A stretch of 64,000 nt of DNA from Candidatus Limnocylindrales bacterium (GTDB lineage: Bacteria > Chloroflexota > Limnocylindria > Limnocylindrales > CSP1-4). The notes below the pieces were generated by a model. That model was given only the letters and a program-made list of their open reading frames with translations, ran no database searches and was not told the DNA's origin. Below, one piece after another: positions 25,760 to 35,265 of this stretch. Each line of letters starts with the position of its first letter. Position 1 is the first letter of the stretch. The stretch is from contig JBBRCU010000001.1 of NCBI GenBank assembly GCA_038204565.1, positions 83,844-147,843 on the forward strand, written 5' to 3'. The translations under genes and the position numbers were made by a program.

Positions 25760-25792
25760 TGCTAGACTCCCGTTGTTTCGCACACATGTTCT
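25760..25792 (+). promoter_or_regulatory. Candidate extended -10 promoter (TGC-TAGACT) followed by a LexA/Cheo-box-like site upstream of mrfA
   Basis: TGCTAGACT lies at 25760-25768. CGCACACATGTTCT at 25779-25792 matches CGAACATATGTTCG at 11/14 positions, with a perfect GTTC half-site. GAGGTG SD lies 4 nt before ATG 25808. Confidence 0.35.
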
Positions 25793-25807
25793 AATTCGAG
25801 GTGACCG

Positions 25808-28129
25808 ATGCGGACCTATGCCCCGGCCCCGACCGAGGCCGTCCTGCGAGCGATCCTCGAGGATGAGCCGTCGCTGGCACGGGGCGTGACCCACCACGCG
25901 GTGCTGCCCGCCCGCGAGGCCGAATACCGTGATCATCCGGACTGGCTGGACCCGCGCATCCGGAGCGGACTTGCGGCGCGCGGGATCGAGCGCCTGTACA
26001 CCCATCAGGCGGAGGCCATCGAAGCCGTCCGGGCGGGCCGGGATGTGGTCGTGGTCACGCCGACCGCGTCCGGCAAGAGCCTCTGCTACGCCCTGCCGAC
26101 GCTCCAGGCGATCGCCGAGGATCCCGCCGCGCGGGCCCTGTTCCTGTTCCCGACCAAGGCGCTTGGCCAGGACCAGGTCGCCGAGTTCGCGGAGCTTTCG
26201 GCGGCCGCCGGGCTGACGATCTCGGCGGCGACGTACGACGGCGACACCCCTGCTCCGATCCGGTCCGCGATCCGCGGCGCGGGCCAGGTCGTCGTGACGA
26301 ACCCGGACATGCTCCACTCGGCGATCCTTCCCCACCACACGAAGTGGTTCCAGCTGTTCGAGCAGCTCCGGGTCATCGTCATCGACGAGCTTCACACATA
26401 CCGCGGCGTGTTCGGCAGCCACGTCGCCAACGTCATCCGGCGGCTGCTCCGGCTGTGCGCCCACTACGGCAGCAAACCCGTGATCGTCTGCTGCTCGGCG
26501 ACGATCGCGAACCCGGCGGAGCTGGCGACGACGCTGACCGGCCGAGCGCCCATCCTCGTCGATCGCAACGGGGCGCCGTCGGGCGAGCGTCATGTCCTGC
26601 TCGTCGAACCGCCGCTGACTCACGTCGCGACGGGCGCTCGCGGGTCGAACCTGACGGTCGCCCATCGCTGGGCCATCCCGTTCCTCCGGGCGGGCCGGCA
26701 GACCGTCGTGTTCGGGCGGAGCCGGGTCGCGGTCGAGATCATGCTGTCCACACTGCGCGAGGCGCTCCGCCAGGACCTCGGGCCGCGGTCGCGGATCCGC
26801 GGCTATCGCGGCGGGTACCTGCCGACGGAGCGGCGCTCGATCGAGAAGGGCCTGCGCGACGGCGAGATCCTCGGCGTCGTCGCGACGAACGCCCTGGAGC
26901 TTGGCGTCGACATCGGCCGGCTCGACGTGTCGATCCTGGCCGGCTATCCGGGTTCGGTCGCCGCGACGTGGCAGCAGATCGGGCGGGCGGGCCGGCGCGG
27001 CGGGACGAGCGTGGCCGTGCTCTGCGCGTCGGCCGCGCCGGTCGATCGTTACGTCGTCCGCCACCCGGAATTCCTGATCGGCGGCGCGGCCGAGGAGGCG
27101 CGGCTCGATCCGGACAACCTCCACGTCCTGATCGCCCACCTCCGGTGCGCCACGTTCGAGCTGCCGTTCGAGTCCGGTGAGATCTTCGGCCCGGGCATGG
27201 CCGACGACCTGCTGGCATTCATTGCCGAGTCCGGCCATATCCGCCAGGCGGAGGACGGCCGTTGGTACTGGAGCTCGGAGAACTTTCCGGCCTCGGAGGT
27301 CTCGCTCCGGACCGCGGCCCCGGAGAACGTCGTGATCATCGACACGACCCCGGATCGCCCGCGCGTCCTCGGCGAGGTCGATCTGTTCAGTGCCCAGGTC
27401 CTGGTCCACGAGCGGGCGATCTACCTGCACGAGTCGGTCCAGTACTACGTCGACCGGCTCGAATGGCATGAGCGGAAGGCGTACGTCCACCGGGTCGACG
27501 TCGATCACTACACGTACGCCAACCGGGCCGTGACGCTCAAGCCACTCGATGTCTTCGCCGAGGCGCCGGCGCCGGGCGGCCGGCGGGTCCACGGCGAGGT
27601 GATGGTCGCCAGCCTCGTGACCCTCTTCAAGAAGCTGAAGTTCGGGACCGACGAGAACGTCGGCTGGGGCCCGATCGACCTGCCCGAGCTCGAGCTCCAG
27701 ACGACGGCCTACTGGCTCACCGCCGAGCACCTGGCCGGGAGCTGGCGCCGGAACGACCTCGACATCGCGCTCATGGGGGCCGGGCGGGCGATCCAGACCG
27801 TGGCATCAGTCCTCTTGATGGGCGACCCCCACGACCTCGGGCTCGTGACCCAGGTTCGATCGCCCCATCACGAGGCGCCGACGATCTACCTGTACGAGGC
27901 GACGCCCGGCGGGATCGGCCTCAGCGCCCGGCTCTGGGACCGCCACTCCGAGCTGATCGAGGCGGCGGCGGATCTCATCCGCGACTGCGGCTGCGACGGC
28001 GGCTGTCCGGCCTGCACGGGACCACGACTGGAGCCGGATGTCGACGCCCGCAGCCTCGCTCTGCGCCTGCTCGCCGAGCTCGACGGTCCGCTCGAGGCGG
28101 TCCCGGATCCCGAGGCGATCCCAGCGTGA
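25808..28129 (+). CDS. mrfA: DEAD/DEAH-box helicase with C-terminal DUF1998 zinc domain (MrfA/YprA-like)
   Basis: 773 aa with motif I TPTASGKS, motif II VIDELH and helicase-C QQIGRAGRRG. The C-terminal four-Cys cluster is DCGCDGGCPAC. Confidence 0.85.
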   Translation: MRTYAPAPTEAVLRAILEDEPSLARGVTHHAVLPAREAEYRDHPDWLDPRIRSGLAARGIERLYTHQAEAIEAVRAGRDVVVVTPTASGKSLCYALPTLQAIAEDPAARALFLFPTKALGQDQVAEFAELSAAAGLTISAATYDGDTPAPIRSAIRGAGQVVVTNPDMLHSAILPHHTKWFQLFEQLRVIVIDELHTYRGVFGSHVANVIRRLLRLCAHYGSKPVIVCCSATIANPAELATTLTGRAPILVDRNGAPSGERHVLLVEPPLTHVATGARGSNLTVAHRWAIPFLRAGRQTVVFGRSRVAVEIMLSTLREALRQDLGPRSRIRGYRGGYLPTERRSIEKGLRDGEILGVVATNALELGVDIGRLDVSILAGYPGSVAATWQQIGRAGRRGGTSVAVLCASAAPVDRYVVRHPEFLIGGAAEEARLDPDNLHVLIAHLRCATFELPFESGEIFGPGMADDLLAFIAESGHIRQAEDGRWYWSSENFPASEVSLRTAAPENVVIIDTTPDRPRVLGEVDLFSAQVLVHERAIYLHESVQYYVDRLEWHERKAYVHRVDVDHYTYANRAVTLKPLDVFAEAPAPGGRRVHGEVMVASLVTLFKKLKFGTDENVGWGPIDLPELELQTTAYWLTAEHLAGSWRRNDLDIALMGAGRAIQTVASVLLMGDPHDLGLVTQVRSPHHEAPTIYLYEATPGGIGLSARLWDRHSELIEAAADLIRDCGCDGGCPACTGPRLEPDVDARSLALRLLAELDGPLEAVPDPEAIPA

Positions 28130-29706
28130 GCGGCGCCACGCTCGAACGCCGACTCGCGAACTATCGAGCGGCCATCCGGGCGACGGGCAACGGTAACGGG
28201 GCGGGTCCCGTACCCGGCGATCGGACGGACCGCGGCACGGCACGCGGCTCGATCGAGCTCGGGGAGCGCCTCGCGGCGGCCCTCGACGGCGAGTTGGTGC
28301 TCGATCCGGGCGGACCGGTCGTCCGCGTCGAGCCGGCCACCGTGGTCCTGCCGATCGATCGCGATCGACTGCGGACCCTGCCAGGGATGCCCGGGCCGGA
28401 CGTCCCGCTCGTCTGCCTCGACACGGAGACCACCGGGCTCGCGACCGCGGCTGGCACGGTCGCGTTCCTGGTCGGGCTCGGCTGGTGGGAGGACGATCGG
28501 TTCCGCCAGGTCCAGCTGCTCCTGCCCGACCACCCGGCCGAGCGCGGGCTGCTCGCGCGGCTGGCGGGGCACATCCCGGAAAACAGCTGGCTCGTCACCT
28601 ATAACGGCCGTGGGTTCGACTGGCCGCTCCTCGTCGCCCGCTACCGGATGGCACGGCTCCAGGCACCGGTCCATGCCGGTCACCTCGACCTCCTGCCATT
28701 CGTCCGGCGCGTGTTCCGTCACCGGCTGAGCGACGCCCGGTTGCGCACGGTCGAGACCGAACTGCTGGGGACCATGCGCCACGGCGACGTGGATGGCTGG
28801 CAGATCCCGGGCCTCTACCTCGACTTCCTGCGTGGGGGCGCCGCGTGGCCCCTCGTCGACGTCGTCCGCCACAATCGCGAGGACGTCCGCTCCCTGGCTC
28901 GGCTGCTGAGCCGAATTGACGTCGATTACGCGGACGCCTCGGCTCGAGCCCGCCAGCCGATGGGCGACCTTGCCGGCCTCGCCCGGTCATTCGGACGGTC
29001 GGGCAGGCTGGACGAAGCGCTCGAATGCCTCGAGGCGGCGCTTTCGGGCGTCGCGCCGACCGGGCCGACGGCCGCCGCGATGCAGGCCCGTGCGGAGCCG
29101 GTGCGGGTAGCGGTCGCAGAGGAGCCGGCCGCTATCGAGCCGTCCGACGCTGGCGACAGCCCCGGCGCTCTGCCGTGGTGGCACCCCCGCCGGCCTGCCG
29201 ACGTGGGCGGGCGGACGCCGCGACCGTCGTGGGAGCGGCTGGTCACGGGACGGCTCGACTCGCCCTGGACTGCCGAGCGCATCACGATCGAGCGCGGCCG
29301 GTTGCTTCGGCGCCTGGGCCGCTTCGACGAAGCGGTGGCGACGTGGATGGATCTCGCGGCCGGCCCCGGCCCGGTGGCCGTTCAGGCCTGGATCGAGGTG
29401 GCGAAACTGCGCGAGCATCGCCTCGCTGACCTGCCCGGCGCACTCGATGCCACCGGCCGAGCCAGCGCGATCGCGGAACGACGGCGTCGACTCGGCCTGG
29501 GCGACCCAGCGGTCGAGCGCGCGCTCACCGCACGTCTGGATCGGCTGCGGCGCAGGGCCGTCGTTTCGGCCGACCCCGGGAATGAAGCCGTCGTCCGCGT
29601 GGTCGGTCGCCGACGGACGAGTCGGATCGGCGCGTCGAGCACCCGATCGGCGCCGCTCGGCAATCCCGTCTTCCGACGGCCGCCGGCGAGGGCGTCCAGC
29701 TCGTAG
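28126..29706 (+). CDS. mrfB: RNase-H-fold (DnaQ-like) exonuclease with TPR-like C-terminus (MrfB/YprB-like)
   Basis: GTGA overlap with mrfA. Exo I motif is VCLDTETTGL, followed by LVTYNGRGFDWPLL and HNREDV. The C-terminus has helical repeats (GRLDEALECLEAAL, GRFDEAVATWMDL). Confidence 0.8.
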   Translation: MSGATLERRLANYRAAIRATGNGNGAGPVPGDRTDRGTARGSIELGERLAAALDGELVLDPGGPVVRVEPATVVLPIDRDRLRTLPGMPGPDVPLVCLDTETTGLATAAGTVAFLVGLGWWEDDRFRQVQLLLPDHPAERGLLARLAGHIPENSWLVTYNGRGFDWPLLVARYRMARLQAPVHAGHLDLLPFVRRVFRHRLSDARLRTVETELLGTMRHGDVDGWQIPGLYLDFLRGGAAWPLVDVVRHNREDVRSLARLLSRIDVDYADASARARQPMGDLAGLARSFGRSGRLDEALECLEAALSGVAPTGPTAAAMQARAEPVRVAVAEEPAAIEPSDAGDSPGALPWWHPRRPADVGGRTPRPSWERLVTGRLDSPWTAERITIERGRLLRRLGRFDEAVATWMDLAAGPGPVAVQAWIEVAKLREHRLADLPGALDATGRASAIAERRRRLGLGDPAVERALTARLDRLRRRAVVSADPGNEAVVRVVGRRRTSRIGASSTRSAPLGNPVFRRPPARASSS

Positions 29707-29747
29707 GCGCGAACCCGAGGGCTCGTGGGCTGGTTCTCGCGTCCGGC

Positions 29748-30863
29748 TCAGGACGCGGGCTTGAGGTCCGGGTTCGGGACCATCGCGTCGGTCACCTGTT
29801 GCAGGAGTTCGTGATACGAGGCGATGAAGGAGCGCAGGGTGCGGGCCGTCGGCGGGAATGAATCGAATTCGTCGCGGCCGAGGCCGTCGGGTTCGTAGGC
29901 ACGGATGAAGTCCGGGTAATGGCTTGCCAGCTCGGCCACGATCGCGGGATCAACCGGATCGTCCATGCGCGGCCGGACCTCGACGGTCGAGGCATTGAAC
30001 CGCTTCTGCCACGCGGATGGCATCGTGATCGCCACGTCACCGCCGATGAACTCGGACCAGTGGTACTGGTGGCGGATCGCGGCCGCGAGGAGGCGGGCGC
30101 GATAGCCGCGCTCCCGGAACAGCCCATACGCCCGCTTGAAGACGGCGACGCCCGACCATGGCAGGGCGGCCGGGTCGGCGACGATCCCGTCGCGGTCCGT
30201 CTGGACCCGCAGCCAGTCCTCGATCCGGCCGACCATGATCGTGACCACCGGGCCCATTGCCGCGGTCGGGTCACCCGCCACCTCCCGCCGCCGGATCCCG
30301 CGCTCGATCGCCTCGGCCGCGGCGACTGCCTGGGCGACCGAGAAGCAGACCGTCGTGTTGACGCTGACGCCCGCGGCGCTTGCCTCCTCCATCGCGTCGA
30401 TCCCGGCGGAGGTGGCCGGGAACTTCACGATGATGTTCGGGGCGAGTCCGTCGAAATGGAGGGCGTGGCCGAGCATCCGATCGGCCGACCGATGGAACGT
30501 CGGGTCGGTCTGGGTGGAAAGCCTTCCCTGGCGGCCGCCGAATGCCTCGAACGCCGGCAGGAGCAGCGGCGCTGCGCGAGTCGACATCTCATCGACGACC
30601 AGCCAGGCAATCTCGGTCTCGTCCGCAGACGGCCGCTCCCGGGCAAGTGCCGCGACCCGCGCCCGCCACCGGCCGGGGTCCTGCTTCCAGACGTCGGTCA
30701 CGATCGTCGGGTTGGCGGTAGCGCCGACCGCGCCGAACGAGATCGCGTATTCCAGCTCAGGGATCGAACAGGAATCGTTCCAGATGTCCGTGGCCGTCTC
30801 GGCGATCGTCCGTCCGAGCGGCGAGCCGGCGAGCGGCAGGGCCGCCCGGTCCGCAAGTGTCAC
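29748..30863 (-). CDS. Transaldolase-family protein
   Basis: 371 aa with GATANPTIV and the Schiff-base Lys context IIVKFPATSAGIDA. Starts at GTG 30863. Confidence 0.8.
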   Translation of the reverse strand: MTLADRAALPLAGSPLGRTIAETATDIWNDSCSIPELEYAISFGAVGATANPTIVTDVWKQDPGRWRARVAALARERPSADETEIAWLVVDEMSTRAAPLLLPAFEAFGGRQGRLSTQTDPTFHRSADRMLGHALHFDGLAPNIIVKFPATSAGIDAMEEASAAGVSVNTTVCFSVAQAVAAAEAIERGIRRREVAGDPTAAMGPVVTIMVGRIEDWLRVQTDRDGIVADPAALPWSGVAVFKRAYGLFRERGYRARLLAAAIRHQYHWSEFIGGDVAITMPSAWQKRFNASTVEVRPRMDDPVDPAIVAELASHYPDFIRAYEPDGLGRDEFDSFPPTARTLRSFIASYHELLQQVTDAMVPNPDLKPAS

Positions 30864-30897
30864 GATCGATGCTCCTCTTCAGCAGTCAGCACAGCGG

Positions 30898-32160
30898 TCA
30901 GCCGGCGACGCGTTCGACGGCCATCGCCACCGACCCGCCGCCGCCAAGGCACAGCGTTGCAAGCCCGAAGCGCCCCTCACGCCGCACCAGCTCATGGACC
31001 AGCGTCGTCACGATCCTGGCCCCCGACGCCCCGATCGGGTGGCCGAGGGCGATCGCGCCGCCGTTCACGTTGACCTTGTCCCAGTCGAACCCGAGCTCGC
31101 GACCGTCGGCCAGGGTCTGCGCCGCGAACGCTTCGTTGATCTCGATGAGGTCGAAGGCCTCGATCGGGAGTTCGATCCGGTCGAGCAAGCGGCGGACGCC
31201 GGTCACCGGCGCGAGGAACAGCCACTTCGGGGCGACCTCCGCCTGGGTGTAGCCGACGATCCGGGCCAGCGGCTTGAGCCCGAACCGTTCGACGGCACGC
31301 TCACTCGCGACGATCGTGGCGGCCGCTCCATCGGTGATCCCGGGGGCGTTGCCGGCCGTCACGGTCCCGACCCTCGCGTCGCCGCGGTCCTCGCCGGTCG
31401 GCAGGTCGAAGACCGGCGTGAGCCGGGCCAGCGCCTCGAGCGTCGAGTCACGCCGCGGTCCCTCATCGACGTCGACGACCGTCTCCCGCCCTTTCGCGTC
31501 CCGAACGGTGACCGGTGCGAGCTCGGCCACGAACCGGCCGGCATCCTGGGCGGCGATCGCCTTCTGATGCGACGCGAGGGAGAACGCGTCCTGGTCCTCG
31601 CGACTCACGTGATCGTGGATCGCGACCCGCTCGGCGTGGGTGCCCATGTGACAGCCCTCGAAGGCGCAGGTCAGGCCGTCCGCCACCGCGGCGTCGACGA
31701 GGCGGCCGTCGCCGAGGCGGTAGCCGAAGCGGGCCCTGTGCAGCAGGAACGGGGCGAGGTTCATGCTCTCCATGCCGCCCGCGACGACGACCTCTGCGTC
31801 GCCAGCCCGGATCTCCGCGGCGGCCAGCATGATCGCCTTCAAGCCGGATCCGCAGACCCGGTTGATCGTGGTCGCGGAGGTCGTGTCGGCGAGCCCCGCG
31901 GCGAGCGCAGCCTGACGGGCGGGGGCCTGACCGACGCCAGCCTGGAGCACCTGGCCCATGAGGACCTCGTCGACGGAGGCTCCTTCGGGCAGGCCGGAGC
32001 GCTCCATCGCCGCCCGGATCGCGACCCCGCCGAGAATCGTCGCGGCAGTGTCGGCGAACGCGCCGCCGAATTTGCCGATCGGGGTGCGAGCGGCGCTGAC
32101 CAGGAAGACCTGCCCGTTCCGACCGGCGGCCGGGTCGTATGCGCGGTTCGCGTCGGTCAT
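30898..32160 (-). CDS. Acetyl-CoA C-acetyltransferase (thiolase II)
   Basis: 420 aa with the active-site Cys in NRVCGSGLKAI, plus NVNGGAIALGHPIGASG and CLGGGGSVAM. Confidence 0.9.
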   Translation of the reverse strand: MTDANRAYDPAAGRNGQVFLVSAARTPIGKFGGAFADTAATILGGVAIRAAMERSGLPEGASVDEVLMGQVLQAGVGQAPARQAALAAGLADTTSATTINRVCGSGLKAIMLAAAEIRAGDAEVVVAGGMESMNLAPFLLHRARFGYRLGDGRLVDAAVADGLTCAFEGCHMGTHAERVAIHDHVSREDQDAFSLASHQKAIAAQDAGRFVAELAPVTVRDAKGRETVVDVDEGPRRDSTLEALARLTPVFDLPTGEDRGDARVGTVTAGNAPGITDGAAATIVASERAVERFGLKPLARIVGYTQAEVAPKWLFLAPVTGVRRLLDRIELPIEAFDLIEINEAFAAQTLADGRELGFDWDKVNVNGGAIALGHPIGASGARIVTTLVHELVRREGRFGLATLCLGGGGSVAMAVERVAG

Positions 32161-32543
32161 CGTCCAGCCCCGTCGTCGGACCGGACGATCACGTAGGTCT
32201 TGCGGACCGTCTGATCGACCTCCCAGCGGCCGCGCCAGCCGTCGGCGAACCAGCGGACGAGCCCGGGCCGGATCTCGTGGCGCGGGCCGTCCCGACCATC
32301 GATCTCATCGACGATCCAGCCGTGGCCGGCCACGAACGACATGAGCTCGCCCAGCCCGACCTTCGCCGAGGGCCAAGCCCCGGGTGTGCACTCCCAGACG
32401 CCGACCCCCGTCAGGCCGTCGTCCGAGAGCACGGCGAACGACTCGACCGGATCGCCGGCGGTCGCGCCCACTTTCGGCCCGGCAACGGTCAATTCGACGA
32501 TGCGCGGGTCGACGAACCCGGCGGCCAGCTCGGCGATCGCCAC
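32157..32543 (-). CDS. Cupin_3 (DUF861) small cupin protein
   Basis: 128 aa with GVWECTPGAWP and RGRWEVDQTVRKTYVI. ATGA overlap with the thiolase start. Confidence 0.7.
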   Translation of the reverse strand: MAIAELAAGFVDPRIVELTVAGPKVGATAGDPVESFAVLSDDGLTGVGVWECTPGAWPSAKVGLGELMSFVAGHGWIVDEIDGRDGPRHEIRPGLVRWFADGWRGRWEVDQTVRKTYVIVRSDDGAGR

Positions 32544-32545
32544 GG

Positions 32546-34099
32546 TCAGCGAGTCCGCGGGAACCCGAGATCGATCTTCGACGTGCCGGGGTCCGGCCAG
32601 CGCTGGGTCACGATCTTGGCCCGGGTGTAGAACTGGATTCCCTCAGGGCCGTACATGTGGAGGTCGCCGAAGAGCGAGCTCTTCCAGCCGCCGAAGCTGT
32701 AGTAGGCAACCGGGACCGGGATCGGGACGTTGATCCCGACCATGCCGGCATTGACCTCGAACTGGAACTGGCGGGCTGCCCCGCCGTCGCGGGTGAAGAT
32801 CGCCGTTCCGTTGCCATACGGGTTTTCGTTGACCAGGCCGACGGCCGCCTCGTAGGTCGGGACCCGGACGATCGTCAGGACCGGTCCGAAGATCTCGTCC
32901 TTGTAGGCGTCCATCTCGATCGACACGTCGTCAATGAGCGACACGCCCAGGAAGTACCCGTCCGAATCCTTGTACAGCGGATGCTCGCGGCCGTCGGCAA
33001 CGACCGTTGCTCCCTGGGCAGCCGAGCTGTCGAGGTACGAGGCGACCTTGTCCCGGTGCTGGCGCGTCACGAGCGGGCCCATCTCGGCCTCGGGATCGCT
33101 GCCGGGCCCGATCTTCACCTTCGGCAGCCGGAGCTTGATCGCCGCGACGAGTGGGTCAGCCACGTCGCCGACCGCCACGATCGTCGCGATCGCCATGCAG
33201 CGCTCACCGGCCGAGCCGTAGCCGGCCGAGATCGCTGCATCGGCAGCCATGTCGATGTCGGCGTCCGGCAGCACGATCATGTGGTTCTTCGCGCCGCCGA
33301 GGGCCTGGACCCGCTTGCCCGCCCTCGTCCCGGCCTCGTAGATGTAGCGCGCGATCGGGGTCGAGCCGACGAAGCTGACCGCAGCGATGTCGGGGTGATC
33401 GAGGAGCGCGTCGACCGCGACTTTGTCGCCGTGGACGACGTTGAACACGCCGTCGGGGACGCCTGCCTCGTGGAGCAGCTCGGCCATGAACATCGATGCC
33501 GACGGATCCTTCTCGGACGGCTTGAGGATGAACGTGTTGCCCGTCGCGATGGCCGTGGCGAACATCCACATCGGGACCATCGCCGGGAAGTTGAACGGGG
33601 TGATCCCGGCGACGACGCCGAGCGGCTGACGGATCTGGAAGACGTCGACGCCCGTCGAAGCCTGCTCGGTGAACCCGCCCTTCAGGAGGGTCGGAATGGA
33701 GCAGGCGAACTCGAGGTTCTCGATCCCCCGGGCGATCTCGCCGAGCGCGTCCGACGGGACCTTCCCGTGCTCGGCGGTCAGGTGGGCCGCGAGCTCGGTG
33801 CGGCGCGCCTCGACCAGGTTGCGGATCTTGAAGAGGATGTTCGTCTTCTTCGACAGGGAGGTCGCGCGCCAGGCCGGAAACGCGGCCTTTGCCGCGGCGA
33901 CGGCGGCCCCGACCTCGTCAACGCTGGCGAAATCGACCTCGCGGGCGACCTTGCCCAGGGCCGGGTTGTAGACGGGCCCTCGCCGACCGGACGCCCCCTC
34001 GACCAGCCGCCCGCCGATCCAGTGGTGGACGACGCTCAGCTCCGACCCCTGCCCATCCACGCCCGCTCGGGCGCTGCCCGGCTCCGCGACCTGCGTCAT
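32546..34099 (-). CDS. mmsA: CoA-acylating methylmalonate-semialdehyde dehydrogenase
   Basis: 517 aa with HWIGGRLVEG, FPAWRATSLSKKTNILFK, FNFPAMVPMWMF and GERCMA (catalytic Cys). Confidence 0.88.
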   Translation of the reverse strand: MTQVAEPGSARAGVDGQGSELSVVHHWIGGRLVEGASGRRGPVYNPALGKVAREVDFASVDEVGAAVAAAKAAFPAWRATSLSKKTNILFKIRNLVEARRTELAAHLTAEHGKVPSDALGEIARGIENLEFACSIPTLLKGGFTEQASTGVDVFQIRQPLGVVAGITPFNFPAMVPMWMFATAIATGNTFILKPSEKDPSASMFMAELLHEAGVPDGVFNVVHGDKVAVDALLDHPDIAAVSFVGSTPIARYIYEAGTRAGKRVQALGGAKNHMIVLPDADIDMAADAAISAGYGSAGERCMAIATIVAVGDVADPLVAAIKLRLPKVKIGPGSDPEAEMGPLVTRQHRDKVASYLDSSAAQGATVVADGREHPLYKDSDGYFLGVSLIDDVSIEMDAYKDEIFGPVLTIVRVPTYEAAVGLVNENPYGNGTAIFTRDGGAARQFQFEVNAGMVGINVPIPVPVAYYSFGGWKSSLFGDLHMYGPEGIQFYTRAKIVTQRWPDPGTSKIDLGFPRTR

Positions 34100-34229
34100 C
34101 GTGTCGACCCTGCCCTTCGTGCGATCCGTGCTGCTGCCTGCATGAGATCACCTTACCGCGCAGTCCGGTGGCCCACCACCTGAGGCGGATGCGGGCGGGC
34201 CGCCGCTGCCGACAATCGACGAACGGGCG

Positions 34230-34235
34230 TACGAT
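34230..34235 (+). promoter_or_regulatory. -10 box TACGAT 7 nt upstream of ATG 34243 (leaderless-type start)
   Basis: Reads GCGTACGAT-CGAGACG-ATG with no SD. Confidence 0.4.
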
Positions 34236-34242
34236 CGAGACG

Positions 34243-35226
34243 ATGACCGAGCCGTGCCCCGCCGGAGCAGCGGTCCCCGATCCGCGCGAGCGCAATCGCG
34301 ACCTGCGAGGCCGCCTCGCCAGCAATAGCCCACTCCGCGACGCCCCGATCGGGACGGTCCCCATCCTCTGGAACATCGTCGACGGGGCCGAGACCCGGAC
34401 GGAACCAACCCCCGAGACCATCCTCGACGACGTCGCTCGAACCGGCTACGACGGCTGCCAGCTCGGGTCCGGCTTTCCGGAGGGTCGGGCCCTGCGGGAC
34501 GCTCTTGCCAGCCGCGACCTTCGCCTCGCCGAGGTGTACGCCTGGATGCCGGCCACGGTCGATGGCCCGACGACCGAAGCCATCGATATGGTCCGAGAGC
34601 GCCTTCGCCTGCTCGTCGCCGGTGGCGGAGAGGTCCTGTGCGTTGCCTTCGACGGGTCGCCGGACCGGAACGCCGTCGCCGGCCGGGCAGACGAACCCGG
34701 TGCGCCGCGGCTGGCCGCAGGCGGCTGGGCGGCGACCATCGGGCTGCTCGAGACGATCGCCGCCGAGACGAGGGCCGCCGGTGCCCGGATCGCCTTCCAT
34801 CCGCACGCCGGGACGTATATCGAGACACCCGCCGAGGTCGCCCGGCTGGCCGCCGCGATCGACGCGGCGGTCCTCCCTCTCTGCCTGGACGTCGGCCACT
34901 GGCTGGTCGGCGGCGGCGACCCGGTCGATGCGCTCCGGACCTACGGCGAACGAGTCAGTCACGTCCACCTCAAGGATGTCGATGCGAACGTCCTCGGCGG
35001 CCTGCGCGACGGATCGATCGACGGGCTCGACGAGGCCGTCCAACAGCGGGTCTTCACCGAGCTCGGAAGCGGCCTCCTCGATCTGGACGGGGTCCTCGAG
35101 GTTCTTGCGGCGCGGAACTATCGCGGCTGGCTGATGGTGGAGCAGGACAGCGGCTGGCCGCCACCCGCGGAGAGCGCGGCGATCGGCCGGCGAGTGCTCG
35201 CGGCGGCGCTCCGCCGGCTCGGCTGA
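34243..35226 (+). CDS. Xylose-isomerase-like TIM-barrel protein (sugar phosphate isomerase/epimerase; IolE-like)
   Basis: Start refined to ATG 34243. Motifs are GYDGCQLG, IAFHPHAGTYIE, VSHVHLKD and RGWLMVEQD. The upstream 118 codons of the track ORF are Arg/Pro junk antisense to mmsA. Confidence 0.75.
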   Translation: MTEPCPAGAAVPDPRERNRDLRGRLASNSPLRDAPIGTVPILWNIVDGAETRTEPTPETILDDVARTGYDGCQLGSGFPEGRALRDALASRDLRLAEVYAWMPATVDGPTTEAIDMVRERLRLLVAGGGEVLCVAFDGSPDRNAVAGRADEPGAPRLAAGGWAATIGLLETIAAETRAAGARIAFHPHAGTYIETPAEVARLAAAIDAAVLPLCLDVGHWLVGGGDPVDALRTYGERVSHVHLKDVDANVLGGLRDGSIDGLDEAVQQRVFTELGSGLLDLDGVLEVLAARNYRGWLMVEQDSGWPPPAESAAIGRRVLAAALRRLG

Positions 35227-35232
35227 CGGCGG

Positions 35233-35265
35233 CTGAGGTCGGCTGACGGCTCAGACCGACCTCAG
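35233..35265. terminator. Bidirectional hairpin between convergent genes
   Basis: 10-bp perfect stem CTGAGGTCGG / CCGACCTCAG (35233-35242 and 35256-35265), extended by CTGA/TCAG inside the loop. The 3' arm contains the PfkB stop codon. Confidence 0.5.
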
